DNA from: Devosia sp.
GTDB lineage: Bacteria > Pseudomonadota > Alphaproteobacteria > Rhizobiales > Devosiaceae
Assembly (NCBI GenBank): GCA_049647065.1
Contig: JBARWY010000108.1
Span: forward strand, 495 to 64,494
Reading direction: 5' to 3'
Length of the DNA stretch: 64,000 nucleotides
The notes under the pieces were generated by a model. The model did not search any database. It saw only the letters and a program-made list of their open reading frames with translations, and had not been told where the DNA came from. The translations under genes were made by a program, and so were the position numbers. The first letter of the stretch is position 1, and every line of letters begins with the position of its first letter. This document shows, in pieces, positions 30,091 through 39,031 of the stretch.

Positions 30091-30271
30091 GGTCGGTACT
30101 CCGAATTCAATATCGTTGCGCCGCCAAAGCGGCCCAGAGAGTTCATCTCTGAAGGGATTGCTCGGCTCTATAGAGGAAGAGAAGGGGCTTGGCTAGGGGG
30201 TTGTGAGGGGAGACGGACGCGACATTTGCGACTGGCTCAGTCGTCTCCATCCCCTTGTGGTCAGGATCGAT

Positions 30272-30616
30272 CTAGGCAGCCTGTGCACCCTGCGCGGGTT
30301 CGGCGCCTTCGAGGTCCCATATGGTGGTCAGCCGCTCAGCGGCAGCGCCTGGTGTAAGCAGCCGGAACACGCGATCGGCGCAGTCGAGCGCCAGGCGGAA
30401 ACGGGTCCGGCTCATCGGGTCACCGACCAGTTCGCCGGTCGAGCCGACCCACAGCACGTGATTGCCCTTGGCGATGAGATAGAGATCGGCATCAGCCATG
30501 GCGAAACGATCGAGGCTTTCGCTGACCAGGCCATAGGCACGCCCGGAACGGCCCAGCCAGTTGCTCAGCCGGCCGAAGCCATGAATCAAGACCCTGTTCT
30601 CGGTATTGCCGGCCAT
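30272..30616 (-). CDS. hypothetical protein (114 aa), predicted LexA-regulated
   Basis: ORF preceded by GGGGA RBS, a TTGACG promoter and an SOS box. Confidence 0.8.
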   Translation of the reverse strand: MAGNTENRVLIHGFGRLSNWLGRSGRAYGLVSESLDRFAMADADLYLIAKGNHVLWVGSTGELVGDPMSRTRFRLALDCADRVFRLLTPGAAAERLTTIWDLEGAEPAQGAQAA

Positions 30617-30646
30617 CACGCCATCCCCACAGCGTTTATCGAATAA

Positions 30647-30680
30647 GAACAAAAATAGAACAAAATATTGATCGCGTCAA
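30647..30680 (-). promoter_or_regulatory. alphaproteobacterial LexA (SOS) box overlapping the -10 of a TTGACG-17-TATTTT promoter
   Basis: GTTC-TATTTTT-GTTC on the minus strand (30647-30661). -35 at 30675-30680. Confidence 0.85.
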
Positions 30681-30743
30681 GCGGATCATCGCCGGACGAC
30701 TACATGTATGGTTCCGTTCGCTGGTTCCGTCAATATCTGGTAG

Positions 30744-31553
30744 CTATGGCGCAGTGACGCGGGCTTCTCTGATAGCATCGATACGGCTTTGCATCTCGGG
30801 GCCGAGGGGGCGGGAGAGGCCACGATCGACGGCCTCAAGCATCAGCGTATCGGATTCGAACTCGATGGCTTTTTTGAGTCGGTCGAGGAACACGTCGGGA
30901 GAGAGGCCAGCCTCGATGGGGGGCAGGAACTTGGCCTGGGCGGTGCCGGGCCAGATCACCAGACTGTTGCGTCCCCAGAACAGGCCCGAATTCAGGGCAA
31001 CCGGCACGACCGGAACATTGAGTTCCATATAGAGTCGTACGATGCCCTGGCGGTAGTCAGGCGGCGCCAGCGGCGCCTTGCGCGTGCCTTCAGGGAAGAT
31101 GACGATGCGGCAGCCACGCTCGACGGCGGCATGCGCCTGCGCCATCATCAAGGGAATGGCCTCGGCACCTCTCCGGCGGTCGACCTCGATGCAATCGAGC
31201 GAGCGCGCTGCCGGACCAAAGAAGGGAATCTGCATCAGCTCCTTCTTGACGATATAGGCGGGGCGGCCGGTATAGGGGAAGATCGAGAAAACGTCCCAGT
31301 CGCTCTGGTGTTTCGCGGCAATGATGCAGCCCCCTTCGGGGATATTCTTCTCGCCGCTCACCTCGGATTTAACGCCGGTGAGGAAGCGCAGATAGGCAAG
31401 GTTCGAGCGGCACCAGAATTTTGCCAGTGCCCAGCTCATGGGCGTGCGGCCGCGGATCATGGCGATTATGCCGATGGTGATCGCAACGAGTGCCGTCTGG
31501 CCGATGAAGATGAAATAGAACAGCGCGGTGCGCACTGCCTGCACGATAGCCAT
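30744..31553 (-). CDS. plsC: 1-acyl-sn-glycerol-3-phosphate acyltransferase
   Basis: KHQSDWD, KKEL, VDR, IFPEGTR, VPVALNSG. Confidence 0.9.
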   Translation of the reverse strand: MAIVQAVRTALFYFIFIGQTALVAITIGIIAMIRGRTPMSWALAKFWCRSNLAYLRFLTGVKSEVSGEKNIPEGGCIIAAKHQSDWDVFSIFPYTGRPAYIVKKELMQIPFFGPAARSLDCIEVDRRRGAEAIPLMMAQAHAAVERGCRIVIFPEGTRKAPLAPPDYRQGIVRLYMELNVPVVPVALNSGLFWGRNSLVIWPGTAQAKFLPPIEAGLSPDVFLDRLKKAIEFESDTLMLEAVDRGLSRPLGPEMQSRIDAIREARVTAP

Positions 31554-31678
31554 GAACCTCTCCCGCGGCGCCTGGCCGTCCTGAAGCGTCATAACGGGCT
31601 AACGCCGACTTGGCGAGGGCGTTCCCGGTGTGTCGGGGGCCGCGTCATGGCGGCCCTTACGATGACCTCAGCACGCCT

Positions 31679-32608
31679 TTATGAAGTCTCGGCGAGGAAA
31701 CGGCGCACGGTGGCGCGCGAAGTGATGGCGGTGAGCGCGGCAATGACGGGCACTACGGCCACGATGCCGATGATACCGTCCAGGCCGAGCGCGAAGCGAC
31801 CGAACAGAATGCCGACCTGGGCCCCGGCCTCGCTCGACAGCATATTGCCTGCCGCGGTGCCGACCAAGGCGAAGAACAGCATGGCCGCGACGGTGCCGAG
31901 GAGACCCCCCTGCAGCCCTATGGAGAGGAAGCGGCCCTGGAACTCGCCGGCGATGAACTTGTTGGACGCGCCGATATAGTGGAGGACGTCGACGATCTCG
32001 CGATTGGTCGCCATGGCGCCGCGGGTGGCAAAGACGATGGCCAGTACGGTCGCGGCGCCGATCAGGATCAGCACCAGCAACCCTGACAGCACGATGGTAC
32101 CAGCCATGGTGTTGAGCTGCTGCCGCCAGGCGGCGTGTGTATCAAGGCTCGCGCCCTTGACCGCCGCGAGGTTGCGGCCCAGCCCTTCGATATCGGCATC
32201 AACAGGGTCAGCGAGCTGAACCACCACGAGGCGGGGAATTTCGATGGCGGTGAGATCGAGACCAGCGCCGAGCCAGGGCTCGAGCAGTTGCTGGCTTTCC
32301 TCGATGGTGAGGGCCCGCGCCGAAGCCACCCCTGGAGTGGATTCCGCCAGCGAGACGGCGGTGCGCAGGTTGGAATCCATCACCTCACCTTCGACCGGGC
32401 GGATCTGGATGGTCAACTCGCGGCCCACATCGGTCGACCAGGCGATTGCCGATTTCTGCACCAGCACCACGCCGCCGAGGGTGACGGCGGATAGGAAGCT
32501 CATAATGGTGATAAGCAGCAAGAGGGTGCGGCCGGCGACGCTCTTTTCGGGAACGATGGGTGCGGCGCCCTTGCGGGAGGGGATGAAGGCGAGGAAGCGC
32601 TCAATCAT
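31679..32608 (-). CDS. ftsX: cell division ABC permease FtsX
   Basis: Four TMs with a periplasmic loop, NREIVDVLHYIGA. Follows ftsE. Confidence 0.92.
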   Translation of the reverse strand: MIERFLAFIPSRKGAAPIVPEKSVAGRTLLLLITIMSFLSAVTLGGVVLVQKSAIAWSTDVGRELTIQIRPVEGEVMDSNLRTAVSLAESTPGVASARALTIEESQQLLEPWLGAGLDLTAIEIPRLVVVQLADPVDADIEGLGRNLAAVKGASLDTHAAWRQQLNTMAGTIVLSGLLVLILIGAATVLAIVFATRGAMATNREIVDVLHYIGASNKFIAGEFQGRFLSIGLQGGLLGTVAAMLFFALVGTAAGNMLSSEAGAQVGILFGRFALGLDGIIGIVAVVPVIAALTAITSRATVRRFLAETS

Positions 32609-33263
32609 GGATCACCAGCTCGCCCCTGGAGAGCAGCATGCGCGGATAGTTGAACTTGTCGAGCAGCGGCAATTCGTGCGTGGCCAGGATGATGGTCATG
32701 CCCAGCGTGCGATTGAGTTCGGCAAACAGGTGGACCAGCCGGCTCGACAGATCCGGATCGACATTGCCTGTTGGTTCGTCCGCCAGCAGGACCTTGGGGC
32801 GGGCAATGACGGCTCGGGCAATGGCCGCGCGCTGTTTTTCCCCGCCTGACAGCAGGGACGGCAAGGCATTCATGCGCTCGCCCAGCCCGACCCATTCGAG
32901 CAGTTCGGTGACATTGGGCCGATATTCGCTCTCGGCCTGGCCCAGCACGCGCAACGGCAGGGCGACGTTCTCGAACGTGGTCAGATGATCGAGCAGGCGG
33001 AATTCCTGGAACACGATACCGATATGGCGGCGCATCTGCAGCAGGCGATCCTGGCTCAGGTTGTTCACGTCCTCGCCGAACATGGTGACCTGGCCGCGCG
33101 AGGGCTTGAGCGACAGCAGCAGCAGGCGGAGAAGGCTGGTCTTGCCGGCGCCGGAGGGGCCGGTGAGGAAATGGAACGAGCCCGGCTCGACCGAAAAGGT
33201 CAGGTCTCGCAGAATCTCGGGACCGTTGCCGTAGCGCAGCCCGACATTGGAAAACTCGATCAA
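32601..33263 (-). CDS. ftsE: cell division ATP-binding protein FtsE
   Basis: LTGPSGAGKTS, VFQEFRLL, LSGGEKQR, LADEPTGNVD. Confidence 0.95.
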   Translation of the reverse strand: MIEFSNVGLRYGNGPEILRDLTFSVEPGSFHFLTGPSGAGKTSLLRLLLLSLKPSRGQVTMFGEDVNNLSQDRLLQMRRHIGIVFQEFRLLDHLTTFENVALPLRVLGQAESEYRPNVTELLEWVGLGERMNALPSLLSGGEKQRAAIARAVIARPKVLLADEPTGNVDPDLSSRLVHLFAELNRTLGMTIILATHELPLLDKFNYPRMLLSRGELVIHD

Positions 33264-33482
33264 GAACAGAGGCTCCCCAATTGGTCCGCACGAAAGGGCG
33301 AATCAGGTGTTGGGCGCATCATAACAGCCAAGCGGGCCGCATGCGCATGCCACCGTCCTAGCAGGCATGAAAACGGCGCAAATGTGGTTGGCCGACCGTG
33401 GGGTGCGAGGGTTTGAGGAGTCTTAACCCCCGCCCGATAGGGTCGGCAGCGCGCTATTCCCATTCACCAATCCGCCTGGCCG

Positions 33483-34409
33483 ATGATCATTACCTGTCCA
33501 CATTGCCAGACCAAGTACCAGGTGACCTACGAGGCCATCGGATCGGTTGGCCGTAAGGTACAGTGCGCTCATTGCCAGCAGGCCTGGCAGCAGCGGCCGC
33601 TCGACAAGGATGACGACACGCCCGAGCACAAGCAGGCCTTCGCAGCCATCGCCGAAGATGGGCTCGACGAGGCCATGTCCGCCGAGGAACGTGCCGTCGC
33701 CGCCGAGGTGGAGCGCAAGCTGAAACTGGAACAGGCCCAGCCTGCCGGCCCGGCCGGCAAGGTCGATGCGGCGGTGATCCGCAAGCGGCAGAAGGCCTTT
33801 ACCCGAAGGCAGACCGCCATGGAGGCCGAACTGCCGCTGGCGCGGCTGCGCCGGTCGCTGCGGATTGGTGGTTTCGTATTACTCGGCGCGATGATGGCCA
33901 CCGCCTATTTCGCGCGGACTATGGTGGTCGAGCGCTTCCCGGCCATGGCCGGCGTCTATGAGGCCATCGGTCTCGGCGTCAACGTGGTGGGACTGGAATT
34001 CTCCAATGTCTCCAGCCTGCGCACACTGCGCGACGGCAAGGAGGTGCTGGTCGTGTCGGCCCAGATCGTCGGGCTCACATCCGAGCCGGTCACCGTACCC
34101 TCGGTGGTGGTCACCCTGATCGACGAGCATGGGCAGGGCATCTATGAGTGGAGCGTCACGCCGTCGGTGCGCGACCTGATGGCCGGCGAACGCTCGACCT
34201 TCGATACACAACTCACCCTGCCGCCGGGCGACGCATCGCGGGTCCGGCTGACCTTTGCCGGCGGGCAGGGTATGGCCATCGTCGCGGCCGGGGCCCGGGC
34301 CGCCGATGGCGCCGCCGAAGCGCCCGCGGCAGAGGCGAACGCGCCGGAGGAACCCTCCGGCACCGAACATGCCGCGCCCGAACATTCCACCCCTCCGGAG
34401 CATCATTGA
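33483..34409 (+). CDS. zitP: MJ0042-type zinc-ribbon + TM + DUF3426 protein (ZitP-like polarity factor)
   Basis: CPHC...CAHCQQAW zinc finger, single TM, C-terminal beta domain. Divergent from ftsE. Confidence 0.75.
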   Translation: MIITCPHCQTKYQVTYEAIGSVGRKVQCAHCQQAWQQRPLDKDDDTPEHKQAFAAIAEDGLDEAMSAEERAVAAEVERKLKLEQAQPAGPAGKVDAAVIRKRQKAFTRRQTAMEAELPLARLRRSLRIGGFVLLGAMMATAYFARTMVVERFPAMAGVYEAIGLGVNVVGLEFSNVSSLRTLRDGKEVLVVSAQIVGLTSEPVTVPSVVVTLIDEHGQGIYEWSVTPSVRDLMAGERSTFDTQLTLPPGDASRVRLTFAGGQGMAIVAAGARAADGAAEAPAAEANAPEEPSGTEHAAPEHSTPPEHH

Positions 34410-34819
34410 TGGCCCGCATTCTAGTTGCCGAAGACGATCCGTCGGTGCGCGCCTTCGTGGTCAGCGCCCTCACCATGAAGGGTCATGAGGTGGTCGCCGA
34501 AGAAGACGGGGGCCTTGCCGCCGAGACCGCTGATGCCGAAAACGGCCGCTTCGACCTGCTGCTGTCAGACATCAAGATGCCGATCATGGACGGCATAGCG
34601 CTGGCGCTGCATGTGGCTGCCAAGTATCCAGACGTGATCATCGTGCTGATGACCGGCTTTGCCGACCAGCGCGAGCGGGCGCACGGGCTGGAAGCGCTGA
34701 TTTACGATGTCATCGTAAAGCCCTTCACGTTGGCCGATCTCCTCGCCAAGATTGATGACGCGCTGGCCGGAAAACCCGTGGAAGTGGTCTCGCTTGGCCG
34801 TCAGGCGCGCGAGCAGTAG
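34409..34819 (+). CDS. single-domain response regulator, CpdR family
   Basis: MARILVAEDD, LLSDIKMPIMDG, MTGFA, KPF. TGATG overlap with the upstream gene. Confidence 0.88.
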   Translation: MARILVAEDDPSVRAFVVSALTMKGHEVVAEEDGGLAAETADAENGRFDLLLSDIKMPIMDGIALALHVAAKYPDVIIVLMTGFADQRERAHGLEALIYDVIVKPFTLADLLAKIDDALAGKPVEVVSLGRQAREQ

Positions 34820-35920
34820 TCACTCCACGACGGGTCGCCACTCGATTTCGACCCGACCCTTGCCGTCGCTCAGGAACGCGCCAGTGGCGCTGGCCTCGGC
34901 ATCGACGTCATCCATCTCCTGCCGCGTCAGCTGGCGGAACGGCAGGACGGCGATGGTGAGGAGATCCTTCCTGCGCGTCATGGTCCAGTTGCCGGCGATG
35001 AAACCGTCGACGGTGTAGGCCGCGATATAGCCGTTGACCAGCACCATGCGGTTGCGCGCCAGCTCGGGCTGGATGCGGTAGCGATCGGCGAAACCGAGCC
35101 AGACATTGTCGTATTCCGGCATGAACCGCACCGGGGAGGGTGTGTCGGGATCTGGCCGCAACCCATCGGGCAGGTCATAGAGCACGCGGCCGTCTTCGCC
35201 GGTGAAGGTGACGAGCTGACCCTCGAGCATTTCGAAGGCAGCGGACAGCTTGGTAAGACCGCTCCAGCTCTGCATGTCCATGACGCTGGCAGGCCCATAG
35301 GCGGCGAGGTAGCGGAGCACCAGGTCGGGCAGGTCGATGGCCGGGCCGACAGGAGTGCCGGCCCAGTTCTCGATGCGGCTGAGCAGCGGTGGCCCGCCAT
35401 TGCCCCAGATGCGGGTGGGTGGGATCTGGATCAGCGTCTCGCGGCAATGCAGCAGTTGCGCCAGCCCCAGCGGTTCGGCATCGGGCCAGCTCTCGGCGAG
35501 ACGCTTGCCGAGATCGCCACTGGTTAGGGGTGTCTTGTCGAGCAGGTCGATGCCGAGGTGGTGCACCGCGTCGCGGTCTATGTCACCGACGCGCTTGCGG
35601 AAGGTGCTCTGCCAGGTGCGATCGAGCACCGGCTGCATCACCGGACGGATGGCGCGCATATCGGCCGATGTATGCAGGTGCAGCGTGGTGCGCATGGTGG
35701 TGGCGCGCAGCAAGGACTTGTCGAGGATTAGGGCCGTCAGGTCCTCGTGGCGAAAGCCGTGCAGGCGGTTCCACAGGGCCTGATAAGGGCCGCTGGTGGT
35801 CTGAGCCTGCAGGCCGAGCAGGAAGGCAATGGCGTCGGGTATGGCGACATCCGACCGCTCCAGCATCCATTGCCGGGCAAGGGTGGCGCGGTTGAGCTGT
35901 CGATCGGTCAGCGTCTGCAT
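34820..35920 (-). CDS. HTH_42 winged-helix protein, AlkZ-like DNA glycosylase
   Basis: LNRATLARQ, GLQAQ, MRTTLHL, RYLAAYGPAS..D...WSGL, PEYDN. Confidence 0.88.
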   Translation of the reverse strand: MQTLTDRQLNRATLARQWMLERSDVAIPDAIAFLLGLQAQTTSGPYQALWNRLHGFRHEDLTALILDKSLLRATTMRTTLHLHTSADMRAIRPVMQPVLDRTWQSTFRKRVGDIDRDAVHHLGIDLLDKTPLTSGDLGKRLAESWPDAEPLGLAQLLHCRETLIQIPPTRIWGNGGPPLLSRIENWAGTPVGPAIDLPDLVLRYLAAYGPASVMDMQSWSGLTKLSAAFEMLEGQLVTFTGEDGRVLYDLPDGLRPDPDTPSPVRFMPEYDNVWLGFADRYRIQPELARNRMVLVNGYIAAYTVDGFIAGNWTMTRRKDLLTIAVLPFRQLTRQEMDDVDAEASATGAFLSDGKGRVEIEWRPVVE

Positions 35921-35980
35921 GGGCGGTCTCCTCGGCTGAGGAGAGTATGCGCCGAGGCCGATGACAAGGGGTGGCAGGAA

Positions 35981-36883
35981 CTAGGCGGGCCGGCGGCGCC
36001 GTGCCCGCTGGGTCACGAGAAAGAAACCGACGATGATGAGCGGGATGTCGAGAAACGTGGTGTAGAACAGCCAGACGTCCTCGCTGGCAAGCCAGATGAA
36101 GAGGACGTTTATTGCTGCCATCGCGGCGCCGAGCAGGCCCATTCCTATGGCGACCGCGCCCGTATCGAGGTCGCGATAGGGCAGGTAGAGCGCGAGACCG
36201 CGACCCAGCCACGGCCCCCCACGCCAGCCATCGACCAGAAAGAAGGCCGCGGACAACAGGCCGAGCACCACCGTGCGCAATTGCACCGCAAGGCCGGTGT
36301 TGAACAGTAGCGCAAAACCGGCCGAGATCAGCAGCATGACCACGCCGAACAGCGCCAATCCGCCCACCAGATCGACCTTGACGAAGCGCTGCGCGACCAG
36401 CAGCGCCGCGCCCAAGACGGCGCCGACCACAGCCGCGGTGGTCAGATCGGTGGCGCGAGCCACGATGAAAAAGACGATCCCCATGACGATATCGACGGCA
36501 AGCGGGACCAGGCTGGCCTTTTGGCGGGTAGAATCGAAATCGGACTGATCAGCAAAGCGCCGTAGGGCCTTGGGATAGGCTACGACCTTGCCGGGATGAC
36601 TTTCATAGACCAGTTGGCCGGCGACGCGGGCGGTACTGCCGATGCTCCACCAGCCGACATAACCCGCCTCCACTTCGAGCGGCGAGCCATCGGCGAGCGT
36701 CGCGGCCAGCCGGTGGTTGCGGAGCGCCTCGTCGCCCGAGGGCGGTGTGCTGTCAGTGGCAACTTCCACGCCGTCCAGCAGCAGCCTGCTGGTAAAGCCC
36801 TTGCTGGTAGAAATGCTGAAAACCTCCACTGCCTGTCCGGCGGTGGTGAATCGGCGATGGGACTTTCCGAAGGTGAAGGCCAT
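35981..36883 (-). CDS. IspZ/YciB-like membrane protein with an extra N-terminal soluble domain
   Basis: About 120-aa soluble N-terminus followed by about six TMs ending W.FYTTF.D. Confidence 0.65.
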   Translation of the reverse strand: MAFTFGKSHRRFTTAGQAVEVFSISTSKGFTSRLLLDGVEVATDSTPPSGDEALRNHRLAATLADGSPLEVEAGYVGWWSIGSTARVAGQLVYESHPGKVVAYPKALRRFADQSDFDSTRQKASLVPLAVDIVMGIVFFIVARATDLTTAAVVGAVLGAALLVAQRFVKVDLVGGLALFGVVMLLISAGFALLFNTGLAVQLRTVVLGLLSAAFFLVDGWRGGPWLGRGLALYLPYRDLDTGAVAIGMGLLGAAMAAINVLFIWLASEDVWLFYTTFLDIPLIIVGFFLVTQRARRRRPA

Positions 36884-36954
36884 AGTCTCCCCGCTGCGTG
36901 CCAGACGGCCCAGATAGGGACCGATTCCGGCTGCTGCAAGGGTTTAGCTGCAGA

Positions 36955-38214
36955 TCACAGCCAGTCTGGCACGCTGTCGAGCGCGATCAGCTCGTCCAGG
37001 CTCTTGCGCGGGCGGATGACGTGGAAGCGGTCGCCGTCGACCAGCACTTCGGGGATCAGGGCGCGCGAATTGTAGGTCGAGGCCATCACCGCGCCATAGG
37101 CGCCGGCGCTCATGATGGCGAGCAGGTCGCCTTCCTTGACGCCCGGCATGGTGCGGGCCTTGGCGAGGTAGTCGCCGGTTTCGCAGACCGGACCGACGAT
37201 GTCGGCGGTGATCGGGGCGAGGTTGGAGTGATTGACCGGCACCACGTCGTGATGAGCCTCGTAGAGCGTGGGGCGGATCAAGTCGTTCATCGCGGCATCG
37301 ACGATGACGAAATTGGTGCCACCCTCCTTCACATACTCGACCTTGGTGACGAGAATGCCGGCATTGCCGACGAGCAGGCGGCCGGGTTCGATGACCAAAG
37401 TACAGCCAAGCTGGCCGATCTTGTCACGCACCACGGCGGCATAGGCCGTAGGGAGCGGGGGCGCGGTTTCATCAACATTGTAGGGAATGCCGAGGCCGCC
37501 GCCGACGTCGACGTGGCGGATATCGTGCCCATCCGCCTTCAGAGCCTTGACCAGTTCAGCCATGAGGCCAAAGGCGGTCCCGAAGGGTTCAAGATCGGTG
37601 AGCTGGCTGCCGATATGCATGTCGACGCCAACGGCCTCGACATTGGGCAGCTCGGCGATGCGGCGATAGACCTCGCGGGCGCGGGCATAGGGAATGCCGA
37701 ACTTGTTCTCGGCCTTGCCGGTCGAAATCTTGGCATGGGTGCGGGCATCGACATCGGGGTTGATGCGCACCGAAACATGGGCGATGAGGCCCATGTCCGA
37801 CGCCACCATGGAGAGGCGCTCCAGCTCGGGTTCACTCTCGACGTTGAAGCACTTGATACCGACTTCCAGCCCGCGGCGCATTTCGGCGATGGTCTTGGCG
37901 ACGCCGGAAAAGACGATCATGTCGGGCTTGATGCCGGCGGCCAAAGCGCGTTCGAGTTCGCCCATCGAGACGACGTCGGCGCCAGCGCCTTCGGAGGCCA
38001 TCAGCTTGAGCACGGCCTGGTTGGAATTGGCCTTCATCGCATAAGCCAGGAGGGTCGGGATGCCCTCGAAGGCTGCTTTCACCACCCGCACATGCCGGCG
38101 CAGCGTCGCGCTGGAATAGACGTAGAACGGCGTACCCACCTTGGCGGCGAGATCGTTGAGGTTGACGTCCTCGGCATAGAGGGTGTCGTCGCGGTGGTTG
38201 AAATGGTGGACCAA
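36955..38214 (-). CDS. lysA: diaminopimelate decarboxylase
   Basis: YAMKANS, DVVSMGE, HIGSQ, GGGLG, EPGR, GPVCETGD. Confidence 0.96.
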   Translation of the reverse strand: MVHHFNHRDDTLYAEDVNLNDLAAKVGTPFYVYSSATLRRHVRVVKAAFEGIPTLLAYAMKANSNQAVLKLMASEGAGADVVSMGELERALAAGIKPDMIVFSGVAKTIAEMRRGLEVGIKCFNVESEPELERLSMVASDMGLIAHVSVRINPDVDARTHAKISTGKAENKFGIPYARAREVYRRIAELPNVEAVGVDMHIGSQLTDLEPFGTAFGLMAELVKALKADGHDIRHVDVGGGLGIPYNVDETAPPLPTAYAAVVRDKIGQLGCTLVIEPGRLLVGNAGILVTKVEYVKEGGTNFVIVDAAMNDLIRPTLYEAHHDVVPVNHSNLAPITADIVGPVCETGDYLAKARTMPGVKEGDLLAIMSAGAYGAVMASTYNSRALIPEVLVDGDRFHVIRPRKSLDELIALDSVPDWL

Positions 38215-38278
38215 GGCCGTGGGCTCCGTCGGAAGTGCCTAGGCTCTAGTGCAGCGCGCTGAAAAACGAAAGCAAGAC

Positions 38279-38998
38279 TTACCGATCCGGCTCATAAGCG
38301 GCTTCGATGCGGTCGGCGACCAGCGACTGCAGCTGCCAGAGGTGGGGATCGTGAATGCCAATGTCCTCGAGGTGTTGCACCGTGGCGAACAGGTACTCGG
38401 CCATGGAGCCGCGCGAGCCAACCGCCGTGGCCAGCACGTCGGCGACGCGCTCGATGGTGAGGCCGGAAACGTAGCGGCCGGAATTGCGGTCGATGCAGAA
38501 GGTAATGGCGCGGATGGTGCGCTCGCCACTCTTGACGTTGACCCAGCGCGGCGGAAAGGGTGATGGCAGCCAGCCCATTTCGCGTTCGAGAAGCTGGATC
38601 ATGCATTGGTCAATCTTGCCTGGCGGTAGGCGGTACAGCACGCCATTGCAGGCTCCACCCCGGTCCAGCGCGAGCATAAGCCCAGGATTGGCGTCGCTGC
38701 CGCGGAAGCGGTTGTTCCAGCCCAGGCAGAAGGATCGGTGCCAGCCGCGTACCAGGCCGGTGCGCATCTCGACGAACTCGCAGGCCGGTTTCCAGATCAG
38801 CGAGCCATAGGCAAAGATCCAGACTTCGTCATGGTCCCGATCGGGGCCGAGCAGGCTGGCAATGGTGTGCTGGAAGTCTTCCGGCGTCGCGGCGCGCATC
38901 CCGGCGGGAGGTGGTGGCATCGCCTCGGACGGCGACGCGGGCTGCAGATAGCCGACATGACGCTCGGTGAGGCGCATCTGTCTGGGAAGTCTGGCCAC
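38279..38998 (-). CDS. second ChaC-family gamma-glutamylcyclotransferase
   Basis: WIFAYGSLIW, GWHRSFC, RGS...PGLMLALDRGG, ERE. GTG start after AGGAG. Confidence 0.88.
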   Translation of the reverse strand: MARLPRQMRLTERHVGYLQPASPSEAMPPPPAGMRAATPEDFQHTIASLLGPDRDHDEVWIFAYGSLIWKPACEFVEMRTGLVRGWHRSFCLGWNNRFRGSDANPGLMLALDRGGACNGVLYRLPPGKIDQCMIQLLEREMGWLPSPFPPRWVNVKSGERTIRAITFCIDRNSGRYVSGLTIERVADVLATAVGSRGSMAEYLFATVQHLEDIGIHDPHLWQLQSLVADRIEAAYEPDR

Positions 38999-39031
38999 GC
39001 TAGCTCTCCTGCAGGTCAGAAGACTATGCGT

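Noticed and set aside
30708..30732. Additional GTTC repeats as a second LexA box
   Set aside because: Spacings are not the required 7 nt.
33405..33430. CtrA site between ftsE and the zitP-like gene
   Set aside because: Only a TTAACC half-site. The other half (TTTG) has two mismatches, so it is too weak to call.
34355..34406. Repeated (P/T)EH motifs at the C-terminus of the ZitP-like protein
   Set aside because: Short, degenerate low-complexity tail, not a tandem DNA repeat array.
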